Source: an uncultured Clostridia bacterium (lineage in GTDB: Bacteria; Bacillota; Clostridia; TANB77; CAG-508). From it: 64,000 nt of DNA. Within the stretch, counting starts at the first letter, position 1. Every line of letters begins with the position of its first letter. Where the stretch lies: NCBI GenBank assembly GCA_934149005.1, contig CAKPDN010000001.1, positions 71,128-135,127 on the forward strand, written 5' to 3'. The translations under genes and the position numbers were made by a program. Under the pieces are notes generated by a model. The model saw nothing but the letters and a program-made list of their open reading frames with translations. It made no database searches and was not told the origin of the DNA. This document shows positions 10,533 to 20,228 of the stretch, in pieces.

Positions 10533-11105
10533 CTATATTTTAATTTTAAATATATATCCTAATCTTTGGTATAAATGATTATCACTAATTCCTATATAGT
10601 TTCCTACTCTTTCACCTAATTTATCATAAAGATTTAATGCTTTATTATGACTTGATTTTATATAAATTATTTCTATACCTTTAGTTTTCAAATCTCTGAA
10701 AACTTCTTGATTTAGCCATTTAAATCCAATTCCTTTATTTCGATATTTTTTTAATATATGAAAAGCACTCAATATACCGGCTTTATTATTATTTTCGTTT
10801 TCTTTCTCTAAATTATTATCTTTTTTAAATTTTTTTATTATATTTTCACCAAGTGAAACAAAATTAATTCCAATAATTTTATTTTTATCTTTTAATATAT
10901 ATACATATAACTTATTATTATATAAAAAATTTTTTTTACTCTCACTTAACCAATGTAGGTTATGTTCATATTCATTCCAATCGTCATACATTTTATTTTT
11001 ATGTTTTTCCTCAACAAATTCCTTTATTGGAATTAATAATTGTACTACTTTTTTAAAATCTTCTTCTGTATTCAATTCTAAAATTTCTGTATTTAAATCT
11101 TCCAT
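10533..11105 (-). CDS. GNAT family N-acetyltransferase
   Basis: ILKKYRNKGIGFKWL matches the acetyl-CoA binding motif A (R-x-x-G-x-G). Confidence 0.6.
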   Translation of the reverse strand: MEDLNTEILELNTEEDFKKVVQLLIPIKEFVEEKHKNKMYDDWNEYEHNLHWLSESKKNFLYNNKLYVYILKDKNKIIGINFVSLGENIIKKFKKDNNLEKENENNNKAGILSAFHILKKYRNKGIGFKWLNQEVFRDLKTKGIEIIYIKSSHNKALNLYDKLGERVGNYIGISDNHLYQRLGYIFKIKI

Positions 11106-11231
11106 TTCCTTCTATCTCCCATCATTTATATTTTTACATATATTATCATAAAAGCAGATAATTATCAACCAACCATCTGTCCCCCTAATTTTTACAATAT
11201 TTTAAATTATATTCTTCTATAATTTATATAT

Positions 11232-12389
11232 TTAATTTCCATCACTAGACATAAAATATGTAGCAATAGGAATTTCGTTATTAATAGTATTTTTGTCTAG
11301 TCTTATTTTTATAATACTTAAATCTGCATTTTTTAATTGTTCTATCTTATTCCTTCCGCTTTTACGCTCTATTACTGTATTAGGATTTATTTCTACTTTC
11401 ATTTCAAATTTTCCACCATCTACATTATAATCAGGTAGTAAATCTTCAAAAGTTATAGTTAATATTGCTTTATTACTATTTATTATTTCTATATTCGTAC
11501 CTATTGGAGAAACTGTTAAATAAGGTGAATCTTCTAATGTTAAGTTTTTAATCAATTCTTTTCTTAACGCTTCTCCCTTTATGTTACTTAATATGCTAAT
11601 TACCTTTGATTTTTTATATGTATATGTATCTATGTAATATCCAATTTTCATCTCATCATAATATACTTTTTCATTTGTTCTTCCATTTATAAAATTCAAA
11701 GAACTATTTACATCAATAGAATATATTTTATTATCTAATTTATTTTCAAAAACAATGCTATTAGAATTTATATTAGTTATAATTCCATTATAAGTTTCTT
11801 CTATGTTATTAGTGATATTTTCTATTTCTGTTTCCTTTATTTGATTGTCAGATTTTGTATTTTCTGTGTTAATAACATTTCCATCTTCATCATAATATGT
11901 AATGTATTCAACATCATATTTATTTCCAAATTTATTTTTTATTGGATCAAATCCACCTTTACCATAATATTCTTCTATTCTTTTTTGATTTCCGGCAACA
12001 AATATGTTTTTATAATCATAATAATACACATATGTTCTTAAAAATCCATTTACATACGCTACATATTTTTTTCCATCTTTATTGACAATATGTTCAGGTG
12101 CATAACTGAATGCTCCTAAAAAGAAAATCGCTGGAGTTGATAGTAACAATAAAATAATAACTATTCCTATTAAAACATTCCTTAAAACTTTTTCTTTTAT
12201 TTTTAAGAATAATTGTATTATACCAGCACTAAAACCACCTATAATTATTATAGCGGATACTATATATATCCATTCTCTAAACATTAATTTAAATGAAGAT
12301 AATATAAAATATAACGTAACAATTATTAGCGTATAAATTATAGTATCTAACAATATAATTTTAGGAATATATTTTTTTATTTTTTCCAT
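11232..12389 (-). CDS. hypothetical membrane-anchored protein
   Basis: Two N-terminal TM helices followed by a 300-aa extracytoplasmic region. Confidence 0.4.
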   Translation of the reverse strand: MEKIKKYIPKIILLDTIIYTLIIVTLYFILSSFKLMFREWIYIVSAIIIIGGFSAGIIQLFLKIKEKVLRNVLIGIVIILLLLSTPAIFFLGAFSYAPEHIVNKDGKKYVAYVNGFLRTYVYYYDYKNIFVAGNQKRIEEYYGKGGFDPIKNKFGNKYDVEYITYYDEDGNVINTENTKSDNQIKETEIENITNNIEETYNGIITNINSNSIVFENKLDNKIYSIDVNSSLNFINGRTNEKVYYDEMKIGYYIDTYTYKKSKVISILSNIKGEALRKELIKNLTLEDSPYLTVSPIGTNIEIINSNKAILTITFEDLLPDYNVDGGKFEMKVEINPNTVIERKSGRNKIEQLKNADLSIIKIRLDKNTINNEIPIATYFMSSDGN

Positions 12390-12481
12390 TATTCAATCTC
12401 CTTGTAACTTTATATTTTTAGTAAAACAATAAATTGTATTTTTAAATAACTTTATTATTTTGTAAAAATTCTAACTCTTTT

Positions 12482-12736
12482 TCATATGTATGACATTTCT
12501 TCATATTTTTCATCTATACATTCTAATATTTTTAATGACTCATGAATAGTATTAGTATAATCTGTATTGAAATTTTTAGTTTTGTCATAAACTATATCTG
12601 TAAAACAATCTTCACCACAATATCTGCGTTTTTTTGATAGTAAAATTTCTTTACTTAAAAGATACTCCTTGCCACATTGACATTTGCATAAATATTTCTC
12701 TGTCATTTTATAATCTTGTGGTAAATTCTCATCCAT
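12482..12736 (-). CDS. hypothetical Cys-rich small protein
   Basis: CKCQCG...C..DC pattern. A possible out-of-frame 5' extension exists at 12737-12900. Confidence 0.3.
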   Translation of the reverse strand: MDENLPQDYKMTEKYLCKCQCGKEYLLSKEILLSKKRRYCGEDCFTDIVYDKTKNFNTDYTNTIHESLKILECIDEKYEEMSYI

Positions 12737-12956
12737 ATTTTTTGTTTAATAGCTATTTGTTTTTCTACATTTCTTTTTACTAAGTCATCAGTAATCTGTT
12801 TTATGGGATAATAATCATCATCTTCAATTATCGTAAAACATCCAATCTTAGAACCTATTGATAATTTACTTTCTTCTTTTATAATTTCTATTCTCCTATA
12901 CAGATTTTTATAGTTTCAACTTTTAAAAGCTAACTATTTATCTAATAATTATTGAA

Positions 12957-13733
12957 TTAATTTTCAACAACTTCTATTGATTGCAATTTCATGTTATCAA
13001 AATCAACATTTTCATCTTTATATGTAACTTTTACTCTTTTGCCTTTTTTCAAATCACCAATAACTTTAGTGTCATCTTCAATATATGCTTTTACTGCAAA
13101 TGGAAAATTATAACCAGTATCTGAATGAGTATCATCTTCTAAACTATATTTTAAATACACATATCCTGACTCAACATACTCATCACCAACAGTTACAATT
13201 GAAGAATATGTTCTTTTTCCAATTAACGCATCTTTTTTCATTTGATTATAGTCATTTGATTTTAAAACAATAATTGCATTATCTTTAGTATCAAAATCAT
13301 TGTCTCCCATACTATAACCTTTTTTACTTAAATCTCCACTACAAATTAGTATATCTCCTTCTTGTATATAATTTGTATCGTATTTTTGTAATGTCAAATA
13401 ATCTATACAGGTCTGATTATTATCTTTAAAAATTGCTCTTGTATATTCTTCTATTTCTAGTCCAAATTCTCCAAAATGTTGACCATTAAATATATAAATA
13501 TATCCATTAAATTTTGATTCTACTTTTCCTTGAATAACTGTATCTTTAATAACATCTGTAATTTCATTTTCTCTTGAAATATCGTATATAATATTTCCAT
13601 CTTTATCATATATTACAGTGCTATCAGCTTTTTCATTATTTTCATTAGATTTTTTATTATTAATTACTATACACATTATAATTATTAAGATTATAACAAT
13701 TACGGCTAAAGTTATTATTAATTTCTTTTTCAT
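12957..13733 (-). CDS. hypothetical exported or membrane-anchored protein
   Basis: N-terminal signal-anchor MKKKLIITLAVIVIILIIIMCIV, 258 aa. Confidence 0.4.
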   Translation of the reverse strand: MKKKLIITLAVIVIILIIIMCIVINNKKSNENNEKADSTVIYDKDGNIIYDISRENEITDVIKDTVIQGKVESKFNGYIYIFNGQHFGEFGLEIEEYTRAIFKDNNQTCIDYLTLQKYDTNYIQEGDILICSGDLSKKGYSMGDNDFDTKDNAIIVLKSNDYNQMKKDALIGKRTYSSIVTVGDEYVESGYVYLKYSLEDDTHSDTGYNFPFAVKAYIEDDTKVIGDLKKGKRVKVTYKDENVDFDNMKLQSIEVVEN

Positions 13734-14077
13734 CTTTTCAATTCTCCTTAGGATTTTAATTCAAAAGTATTTTCTAGCAATTATTTTTTATTTTCTTGCC
13801 AATTATATCATTTTATAAATTAAAAATATATATTTTTGTTTAAAAAGGTTTAGATTATTTATTTTTTATCTTATTTGACAAGTTCTGACATATTATTTTA
13901 TTAAAATCTGCTATAATAATATAGATATAAATTGGAGTTGATTATTATGGATACCAAAATATTTTATCTAATTATGAAAAATACTGCAAAATTAGAAAAA
14001 CTTGTTGAAACAAATGCTCCTTATGAAAAAATTTTAACCCAAAGTAAAAAATTGGACAAATACATTATGATACAAAT

Positions 14078-14698
14078 TTGGTTTTTACCAAACGCATATT
14101 TTTCAATGGTTTTCAGTTCTTGAAAATTGAACATACTGGGACCCCAGTTTGTACAACTGAAATGATTGCTTTTGCAAGAGCATATACATACTTTCAACAG
14201 ATAAATACAGAATTATTAGGATTAAGCATTGATAGTAATTCTTCTCACTTGGCTTGGATATATGATATCTATTGTAGAACCGGAGTTAAACTTCCTTTTC
14301 CGATTATAGCAGATAGAAGCGGCCAAATTGCAAGAAAATATGGTATGATTTCAAATGATATAAGTACAACAGAAACCGTTAGAAATGTTTTTATAATTGA
14401 TGATAAAGGAATTGTTAGAGCTATTTTTGTTTATCCTTTAAATGTGGGACGATTTATCCCTGAAATTATAAGAACTGTTCAAGCTTTGCAGATGTCTGAT
14501 TGTAGCAAAGGTTCTACTGCTGCTAATTGGATGCCAGGTCAACCTGTTATTGTTCCAATGCCACAAACATTTTGTGAATTAGAAGAAAGACAAAATTATA
14601 TTAATGAAAATCAAAATGGTATTAGCTGGTATTTAAGTTTTAAAGAGCCTCCTGAAATCTGTGAGCATTCTTCTAATGATGATACTAAAAATTGTTAA
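14078..14698 (+). CDS. 1-Cys peroxiredoxin (Prx6-like)
   Basis: TPVCTTE peroxidatic-cysteine motif, FPIIADRSGQIARKYGM, VRNVFIIDDKGIVRAIF. The TTG start and aberrant N-terminus suggest a frameshift relative to ORF 13932-14123. Confidence 0.7.
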   Translation: MVFTKRIFFNGFQFLKIEHTGTPVCTTEMIAFARAYTYFQQINTELLGLSIDSNSSHLAWIYDIYCRTGVKLPFPIIADRSGQIARKYGMISNDISTTETVRNVFIIDDKGIVRAIFVYPLNVGRFIPEIIRTVQALQMSDCSKGSTAANWMPGQPVIVPMPQTFCELEERQNYINENQNGISWYLSFKEPPEICEHSSNDDTKNC

Positions 14699-14705
14699 TC
14701 ATTTT

Positions 14706-14740
14706 AAAAAGAAAGAGTTATGTCTCTTTCTTTTTATTTA
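14706..14740 (+). terminator. rho-independent terminator of the peroxiredoxin gene
   Basis: AAAGAAAGAG-ttatgt-CTCTTTCTTT hairpin followed by a T-run. Confidence 0.7.
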
Positions 14741-14893
14741 AAATTTGTCTATAATATTATATATTTTCTTACTTAACTGTAACATTAAATTTTTGTCTAA
14801 AAAATTCCAGAAAATTGTTAATTGTGAATAGTAATTTAAAATTTACACATAATATTATTATAAACTTTTTTAATAATGTTATGGAGGTATAAA

Positions 14894-15058
14894 ATGGAAA
14901 GAAATCAAAAAATATCTTGTACTGTTGGAAGTTGTAAATATAATAATAAATTAAAAGGTCTTTGTACTTTAAGTGAAATTATTGTTGCTCCAACACAAGG
15001 ATGCAATACAAAACAATCTGATGAATCTAAATGTTCTAGTTATAAATATGAAAAATAG
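14894..15058 (+). CDS. DUF1540-like Cys-rich small protein
   Basis: CTVGSCKYNN...C...IIV pattern. GGAGG RBS 8 nt upstream of MERNQ. Confidence 0.55.
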   Translation: MERNQKISCTVGSCKYNNKLKGLCTLSEIIVAPTQGCNTKQSDESKCSSYKYEK

Positions 15059-15061
15059 CAA

Positions 15062-15100
15062 AAAACTCACCAGTATATCTAAAACTGGTGAGTTTTTATT
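15062..15100. terminator. bidirectional intrinsic terminator between convergent genes
   Basis: ACTCACCAGT...ACTGGTGAGT 10-bp stem flanked by A-run and T-run. Confidence 0.7.
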
Positions 15101-15102
15101 TT

Positions 15103-16977
15103 TTATTCTATTTCATCAATACAATCTTCAAATTGAGAATTATATAATTTAGCATAAAATCCATCTTTTGACAATAGTTCCTCATGTGTACCTTGCTCTA
15201 CAATATCTCCATGATCCATAACCAAAATCAAATCTGCATTTTTAATTGTTGATAATCTATGTGCAATAATAAAACTTGTTCTGCCTTTCATTAAATTATC
15301 CATGGCTGCTTGTATTTGTTGTTCAGTTCTAGTATCTATAGAACTTGTAGCCTCATCTAAAATTAATATTTTAGGATTTGCTAAAATAACCCTTGCTATT
15401 GTAAGTAATTGTTTTTGCCCTGCGGAAATATTGTTTGATTCTTCATTAATTTTTGCATTATATCCGTTAGATAATGTTTTTATATAATGATGTACATGTG
15501 CTGCTTTTGCTGCTTCAATTACTTCCGAATCTGTAGCTTCTGGATTACTATATTTTATATTATCTCTAATTGTTCCTCCATATAACCATGTATCTTGTAA
15601 AACCATCCCAAACATTTTTCTTAATTCGCCACGATTAAAATCTTTGATATTATGACCATCTATCAAAATTGCACCACTATTTACATCATAAAATCTCATC
15701 AATAATTTTACCATTGTAGTTTTACCGGCTCCTGTTGGTCCAACAATTGCTATTTTTTGGCCATCTTTTACATCACAATTAAAATCTTCTATTATTGTTT
15801 TATCTGAATCATATCCAAAATGTACATGTTCAAATTTGATGTTGCCTTTTAAATTGTCTGTTGATATAGGTTTTTTTACATCTTCTATTTCTTCATTTTC
15901 CTCTAAAAATTCAAATATTCTTTCTGCTGCTGCTATCATTGCTTGTATTGTACTTGATATTTGAGCTATTTGGCCTATTGGTTGTGTGAATTGTTTATTA
16001 TATTGTATAAAACTTTGAATATTTCCAACTGTAATTTTTCCTTTTACAGCAAAATATCCTCCTAAAATTGCAACTAATACATATCCTATATTTCCTACAA
16101 AATTCATTAGTGGGTACATTAATCCTGATAAAAACTGAGATTTCCATCCAGATTTATATAGTTCTTCATTTTCTTTTTCAAATTCTTTTATAACTTCTTC
16201 TTCTTTTCCAAACACTTTTACAATATTGTGTCCACCATATGTCTCTTCTACTTGACCATTTACATGTCCTAAATACTCTTGTTGTTTTACGAAATATTTT
16301 TGAGATTTCCCAATAACTTTCTTTAATATTCCAGCTGATATTGGTAATATAAGTAAGCTTATTATTGTCATTTCCAAACTTATTGATAACATCATTATAA
16401 GTATTCCAATTATTGTGCATATTGATGTTATTATTTGTGTTATACTTTGGTTTAGGCCTGTACTTAATGTATCAACATCATTTGTTATTATTGATAGAAC
16501 TTCTCCATTTGTCTTCTTATCAAAATATTTCATTGGTAATTTATTTATCTTGTGAGTTAAATCATTTCTTATTTTATATGTTATTTTTTGTGCTACACCA
16601 GCCATAATATAACTTTGTATTAAGTTAAATAAAGCACTTACTCCATATAATCCTAAAGCTACTAAAATAATTTTCCCAATTTTTGCAAAATCTATTCCAC
16701 CTGTTCTATTAATTTTATTCATTAGTCCTGTATAGATTTCTGTTGTAGCATTTCCTAATATTTTTGGTCCTACTATACTAAATATAGTGCTTCCAATCGC
16801 AAATATAATTACAATAATTACTGCTATTTTATATTTTGAAAGTAAATTGGCTAATTTTTTTGTTGTTCCTTTTATATCTTTGGCTTTTTCAGTAGGTCCG
16901 TGTCCCATATGTGGACCACCCATTGGACCATTTCCTCTCATCTTTGGAGGTTTTTGTTCTGTTATATTGTTACTCAT
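15103..16977 (-). CDS. ABC transporter ATP-binding/permease protein (type I exporter half-transporter)
   Basis: 6-TM domain plus NBD with Walker A GPTGAGKTT, signature ISAGQKQ and Walker B ILILDEATS. Unusual Gly/Pro-rich N-terminus. Confidence 0.85.
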   Translation of the reverse strand: MSNNITEQKPPKMRGNGPMGGPHMGHGPTEKAKDIKGTTKKLANLLSKYKIAVIIVIIFAIGSTIFSIVGPKILGNATTEIYTGLMNKINRTGGIDFAKIGKIILVALGLYGVSALFNLIQSYIMAGVAQKITYKIRNDLTHKINKLPMKYFDKKTNGEVLSIITNDVDTLSTGLNQSITQIITSICTIIGILIMMLSISLEMTIISLLILPISAGILKKVIGKSQKYFVKQQEYLGHVNGQVEETYGGHNIVKVFGKEEEVIKEFEKENEELYKSGWKSQFLSGLMYPLMNFVGNIGYVLVAILGGYFAVKGKITVGNIQSFIQYNKQFTQPIGQIAQISSTIQAMIAAAERIFEFLEENEEIEDVKKPISTDNLKGNIKFEHVHFGYDSDKTIIEDFNCDVKDGQKIAIVGPTGAGKTTMVKLLMRFYDVNSGAILIDGHNIKDFNRGELRKMFGMVLQDTWLYGGTIRDNIKYSNPEATDSEVIEAAKAAHVHHYIKTLSNGYNAKINEESNNISAGQKQLLTIARVILANPKILILDEATSSIDTRTEQQIQAAMDNLMKGRTSFIIAHRLSTIKNADLILVMDHGDIVEQGTHEELLSKDGFYAKLYNSQFEDCIDEIE

Positions 16978-19309
16978 GTTTATTACCTCCTTTACTGTCT
17001 AATTCTTCTTTGGAAAGTTGTGATAATGCTATTTGTCTATATGTTTCATTGTTCTTCATCAATTCATCGTGTGTTCCTTTTCCTACAACTTTTCCATCTT
17101 CTAATACTATAATTTGGTCTGCATTTAATATTGTGTTAATTCTTTGTGCTACAATTATTACTGTTTTATCTTTTGTTATTTTTGAAAGTTCTGCTCTTAA
17201 AATACTATCTGTTTTAAAGTCTAATGCTGAAAAGCTATCATCAAATACTAATATTTCAGGGTCAATTGCAATTGCTCTTGCAATTGATAATCTTTGTTTT
17301 TGCCCACCAGATACATTACTTCCGCCTTGTGCTATTGGTTCTTTATATTTTAATGTCTTTGATTCAATAAATTCTTCTGCTTGAGCTATTTGTGCTGATT
17401 TAATCATTTGTTCATCAGACATATCAGGATTTCCATATTTAATATTTGATTCTATTGTTCCTGAAAATAATAACCCTTTTTGTGGTACAAATCCTATAAT
17501 TTTTCTTAAATCTTTATTAGAAATATCTTTAATTTCTACTCCATCTATTAATAAATTACCTGATGTAATATCATAAAACCTAGGTATTAAATTAACAATA
17601 GTAGATTTTCCACTTCCTGTGCTTCCGATAATTGCTGTTGTTTCTCCTGGTTTGGCTGTAAATGTTATATCACTTAAAACTTCTTCATCACTATCAGGAT
17701 ATTTAAATCCTACATTTTTAAATTCTACAAAACCTCTTTTGTCTGGATTTAATTGTTTTGGGTTTTTACTTTCTTTTATAAATTCATCTGTTTCTAATAT
17801 TTCATTAATACGGTTTGCAGATACTGATGCTCTTGGGAGTATAATTGACAACATTGATATCATCAAGAAACTCATTACAATTTGCATTGTATATTGGATA
17901 AATGCCATCATATTTCCAACTTGCATTGTACCATTATCAATTCCATGAGCTCCAACCCATACAATTAATAATGATATGCTATTCATTATTAGCATTAATA
18001 TAGGCATCATAAAACTCATTGCTCTATTTACAAATAAATTTGTTTTTGTTAAATCTATATTAGCTGCATCAAATCTTTTTTCTTCCCTTTTTTCTGTGTT
18101 AAATGCTCTAATTACTGGTAATCCAGTTAAAATTTCTCTTGCTACTAAATTTACTTTGTCTACTAATTCTTGTAATTTTTTAAATCTTGGCATTGCTATT
18201 ATAAATAATGTTCCTATAACAAATAGTATTGCTAAAATTGCAACACCTATAATCCATGCCATTGAATTGTCACTTTGGTTTAATACTCTTAAAAATCCAC
18301 CAAATCCTATTATTGGTGCATATACAATAACTCTAAATAGCATTCCGATTAAACCTTGAATCTGTTGTATGTCATTTGTTGAACGTGTTATTAATGATGC
18401 CGTACTATATTCTGAAAATTCTTTATTTGAAAAACTTAGTACTTTCTTAAATACTTTTTCTCTTAGTGTTTTTGCAAGTTTTGCTCCCACTTTAGCAGAT
18501 AATAGCATTATTGATATTGCTGAAGCCATTATAATTAAAGATATACCTAGCATTTTTAATCCAGATATAATTATATATTTATTCTGCAAGTTATTGGTAT
18601 TTACTCCAATAGCCTTATATTCTTCTTTTACTTCTTGGATTGCTGCTTGCTCTAATATACTATCTTGCATTTTATCTAATTGTTCATTTATTTTTGAAAG
18701 TGTATTATCTATTTGTTCTGGTTGCATTTGTTTAATAATTTCAACTAACTGCATATTTTTCATTGCCATTTTTTGTTGTTCTGGCATATCTGTTGGTAAT
18801 TGATTGATTATTTGTTCCCTTATTTGTGAGGCCATTTCTTCATTATTTAAATAGCTCACTATCATTAAAGGTTTTGCCATTATACTATTTAGAGTATTTT
18901 TTTGTTCATTACTTATTTTTTTTAGTTTGTATAATGATTCATTCTCTAAAGCTGGATATTCTTTTATTAATTTTTCATATTCTTTTTGTTCTAAATTTTC
19001 TTTAGAAATTTCATCATATGATGTTAGTATTTTTTCATCATCTTCTGTAAAAATTAATAAATTATCCATTGTATTTCTTCTAATCATTTCAGGTGCTACA
19101 TTTTCAATACCACCATTTTGAATACCAACATTTATTATTTTTGATGTATAGTCTGGTAGTGTTAAATCACATGCCGCTTGAATTATTAATAGTATTATGA
19201 TTGCAATTACTGATATAAATGATTCTTTTAAATTTTTTAGTACTTTTAACATGTTTTTTGTTTTTCTCCCTTCCTTTTTCTTTCTGATAAAGTTTTTTAT
19301 TTTTTTCAA
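16970..19309 (-). CDS. ABC transporter ATP-binding/permease protein (partner half-transporter, with ~190-aa extracytoplasmic loop after TM1)
   Basis: Walker A GSTGSGKST, signature VSGGQKQRLSIARA, Walker B ILVFDDSFSALD. 8-bp overlap with the downstream partner. Confidence 0.85.
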   Translation of the reverse strand: MKKIKNFIRKKKEGRKTKNMLKVLKNLKESFISVIAIIILLIIQAACDLTLPDYTSKIINVGIQNGGIENVAPEMIRRNTMDNLLIFTEDDEKILTSYDEISKENLEQKEYEKLIKEYPALENESLYKLKKISNEQKNTLNSIMAKPLMIVSYLNNEEMASQIREQIINQLPTDMPEQQKMAMKNMQLVEIIKQMQPEQIDNTLSKINEQLDKMQDSILEQAAIQEVKEEYKAIGVNTNNLQNKYIIISGLKMLGISLIIMASAISIMLLSAKVGAKLAKTLREKVFKKVLSFSNKEFSEYSTASLITRSTNDIQQIQGLIGMLFRVIVYAPIIGFGGFLRVLNQSDNSMAWIIGVAILAILFVIGTLFIIAMPRFKKLQELVDKVNLVAREILTGLPVIRAFNTEKREEKRFDAANIDLTKTNLFVNRAMSFMMPILMLIMNSISLLIVWVGAHGIDNGTMQVGNMMAFIQYTMQIVMSFLMISMLSIILPRASVSANRINEILETDEFIKESKNPKQLNPDKRGFVEFKNVGFKYPDSDEEVLSDITFTAKPGETTAIIGSTGSGKSTIVNLIPRFYDITSGNLLIDGVEIKDISNKDLRKIIGFVPQKGLLFSGTIESNIKYGNPDMSDEQMIKSAQIAQAEEFIESKTLKYKEPIAQGGSNVSGGQKQRLSIARAIAIDPEILVFDDSFSALDFKTDSILRAELSKITKDKTVIIVAQRINTILNADQIIVLEDGKVVGKGTHDELMKNNETYRQIALSQLSKEELDSKGGNKHE

Positions 19310-19394
19310 ATAGCCTTAAAAAACGACACATTGTCATTATTTTAATGGCTTTGTGTCATTTGTAAATGTAGTTATTGTGAATTTTGTGTGAATT

Positions 19395-20045
19395 TTACAT
19401 TTTTCTAAATACACCACAAACTTTTCCTAAAATTTCACAATTTGGAACTATTATTGGATCCATTGTACTATTTTCGGGTTGTAATCTAATATGGTCTTTT
19501 TCTTTATAAAATGTTTTTACTGTTGCTTCATCTTCAATTAATGCTACAACAATTTCTCCATTGTTCGCATTATTTTGTTTTCTTACTAATATATAGTCTC
19601 CATCTAAAATTCCTGCTTCTATCATGCTCTCTCCCCTAACTGTAAGCATGAAACAGTCTGAATTTCCAACAAAGTCAATTGGAATTGGAAATGTATCTGT
19701 TACATTTTCAACAGCTAAAATTGGCATACCTGCTGTTATTTTTCCTACTACTGGAACTTCTACTAATTCTTTTTGTGTATAAAAATCTTTTGATGATGTT
19801 TTTTTAGCTTCACCATCTGTTCCTTTTAACAATCTTAATGTTCTTCCTTTTTTGTCTTGTTTTTTTATATAACCTTTGTCTTCTAATCTTGCTAAATATC
19901 CATGTACTGTTGCTGTTGAACTCAATCCTACTGCTTTACCTATTTCTCTTACTGATGGTGCATATCCTACATTCATTATTTGTTTTTCAATATATCTTAG
20001 TATAGATTTTTCTCTACTATTTAATTCAGGTCTTTTTCTTGGCAT
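19395..20045 (-). CDS. lexA: LexA repressor
   Basis: N-terminal wHTH ([28 protein letters not shown]) and C-terminal S24 peptidase ([19 protein letters not shown], conserved Ser and Lys). Start set at MPRKRP. Confidence 0.85.
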   Translation of the reverse strand: MPRKRPELNSREKSILRYIEKQIMNVGYAPSVREIGKAVGLSSTATVHGYLARLEDKGYIKKQDKKGRTLRLLKGTDGEAKKTSSKDFYTQKELVEVPVVGKITAGMPILAVENVTDTFPIPIDFVGNSDCFMLTVRGESMIEAGILDGDYILVRKQNNANNGEIVVALIEDEATVKTFYKEKDHIRLQPENSTMDPIIVPNCEILGKVCGVFRKM

Positions 20046-20228
20046 ATATATCACTCCATTTCTCATTTTTGTATATAATATCATACAAACAAAAATATGT
20101 CAAACATTTTTTCTCTTTTTTTATTAATTTTAGTTACGGTTCAGTAAGATATAAAATATTAATATATCAACATTTAAAACAGATTAATATATTTTTTACT
20201 GAGCTGTAACTAATTTTATTTAAAGTCA

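Noticed and set aside
12737-12900. Out-of-frame 5' extension (RIEIIKEESKLSIGSKIGCFTIIEDDDYYPIKQITDDLVKRNVEKQIAIKQK) upstream of the Cys-rich ORF suggesting a frameshifted longer gene
   Set aside because: There is no canonical start codon and no recognisable domain to anchor the reading. Noted but not called.
17619-18803. Several 100-140-aa plus-strand ORFs inside the ABC transporter genes
   Set aside because: They are antisense shadows of a well-supported minus-strand gene. Their hydrophobic low-complexity translations are typical of AT-rich antisense frames. The same applies to 485-712, 2438-2737, 7092-7616, 9086-9343, 45616-46075, 59604-60290 and 61405-61998.
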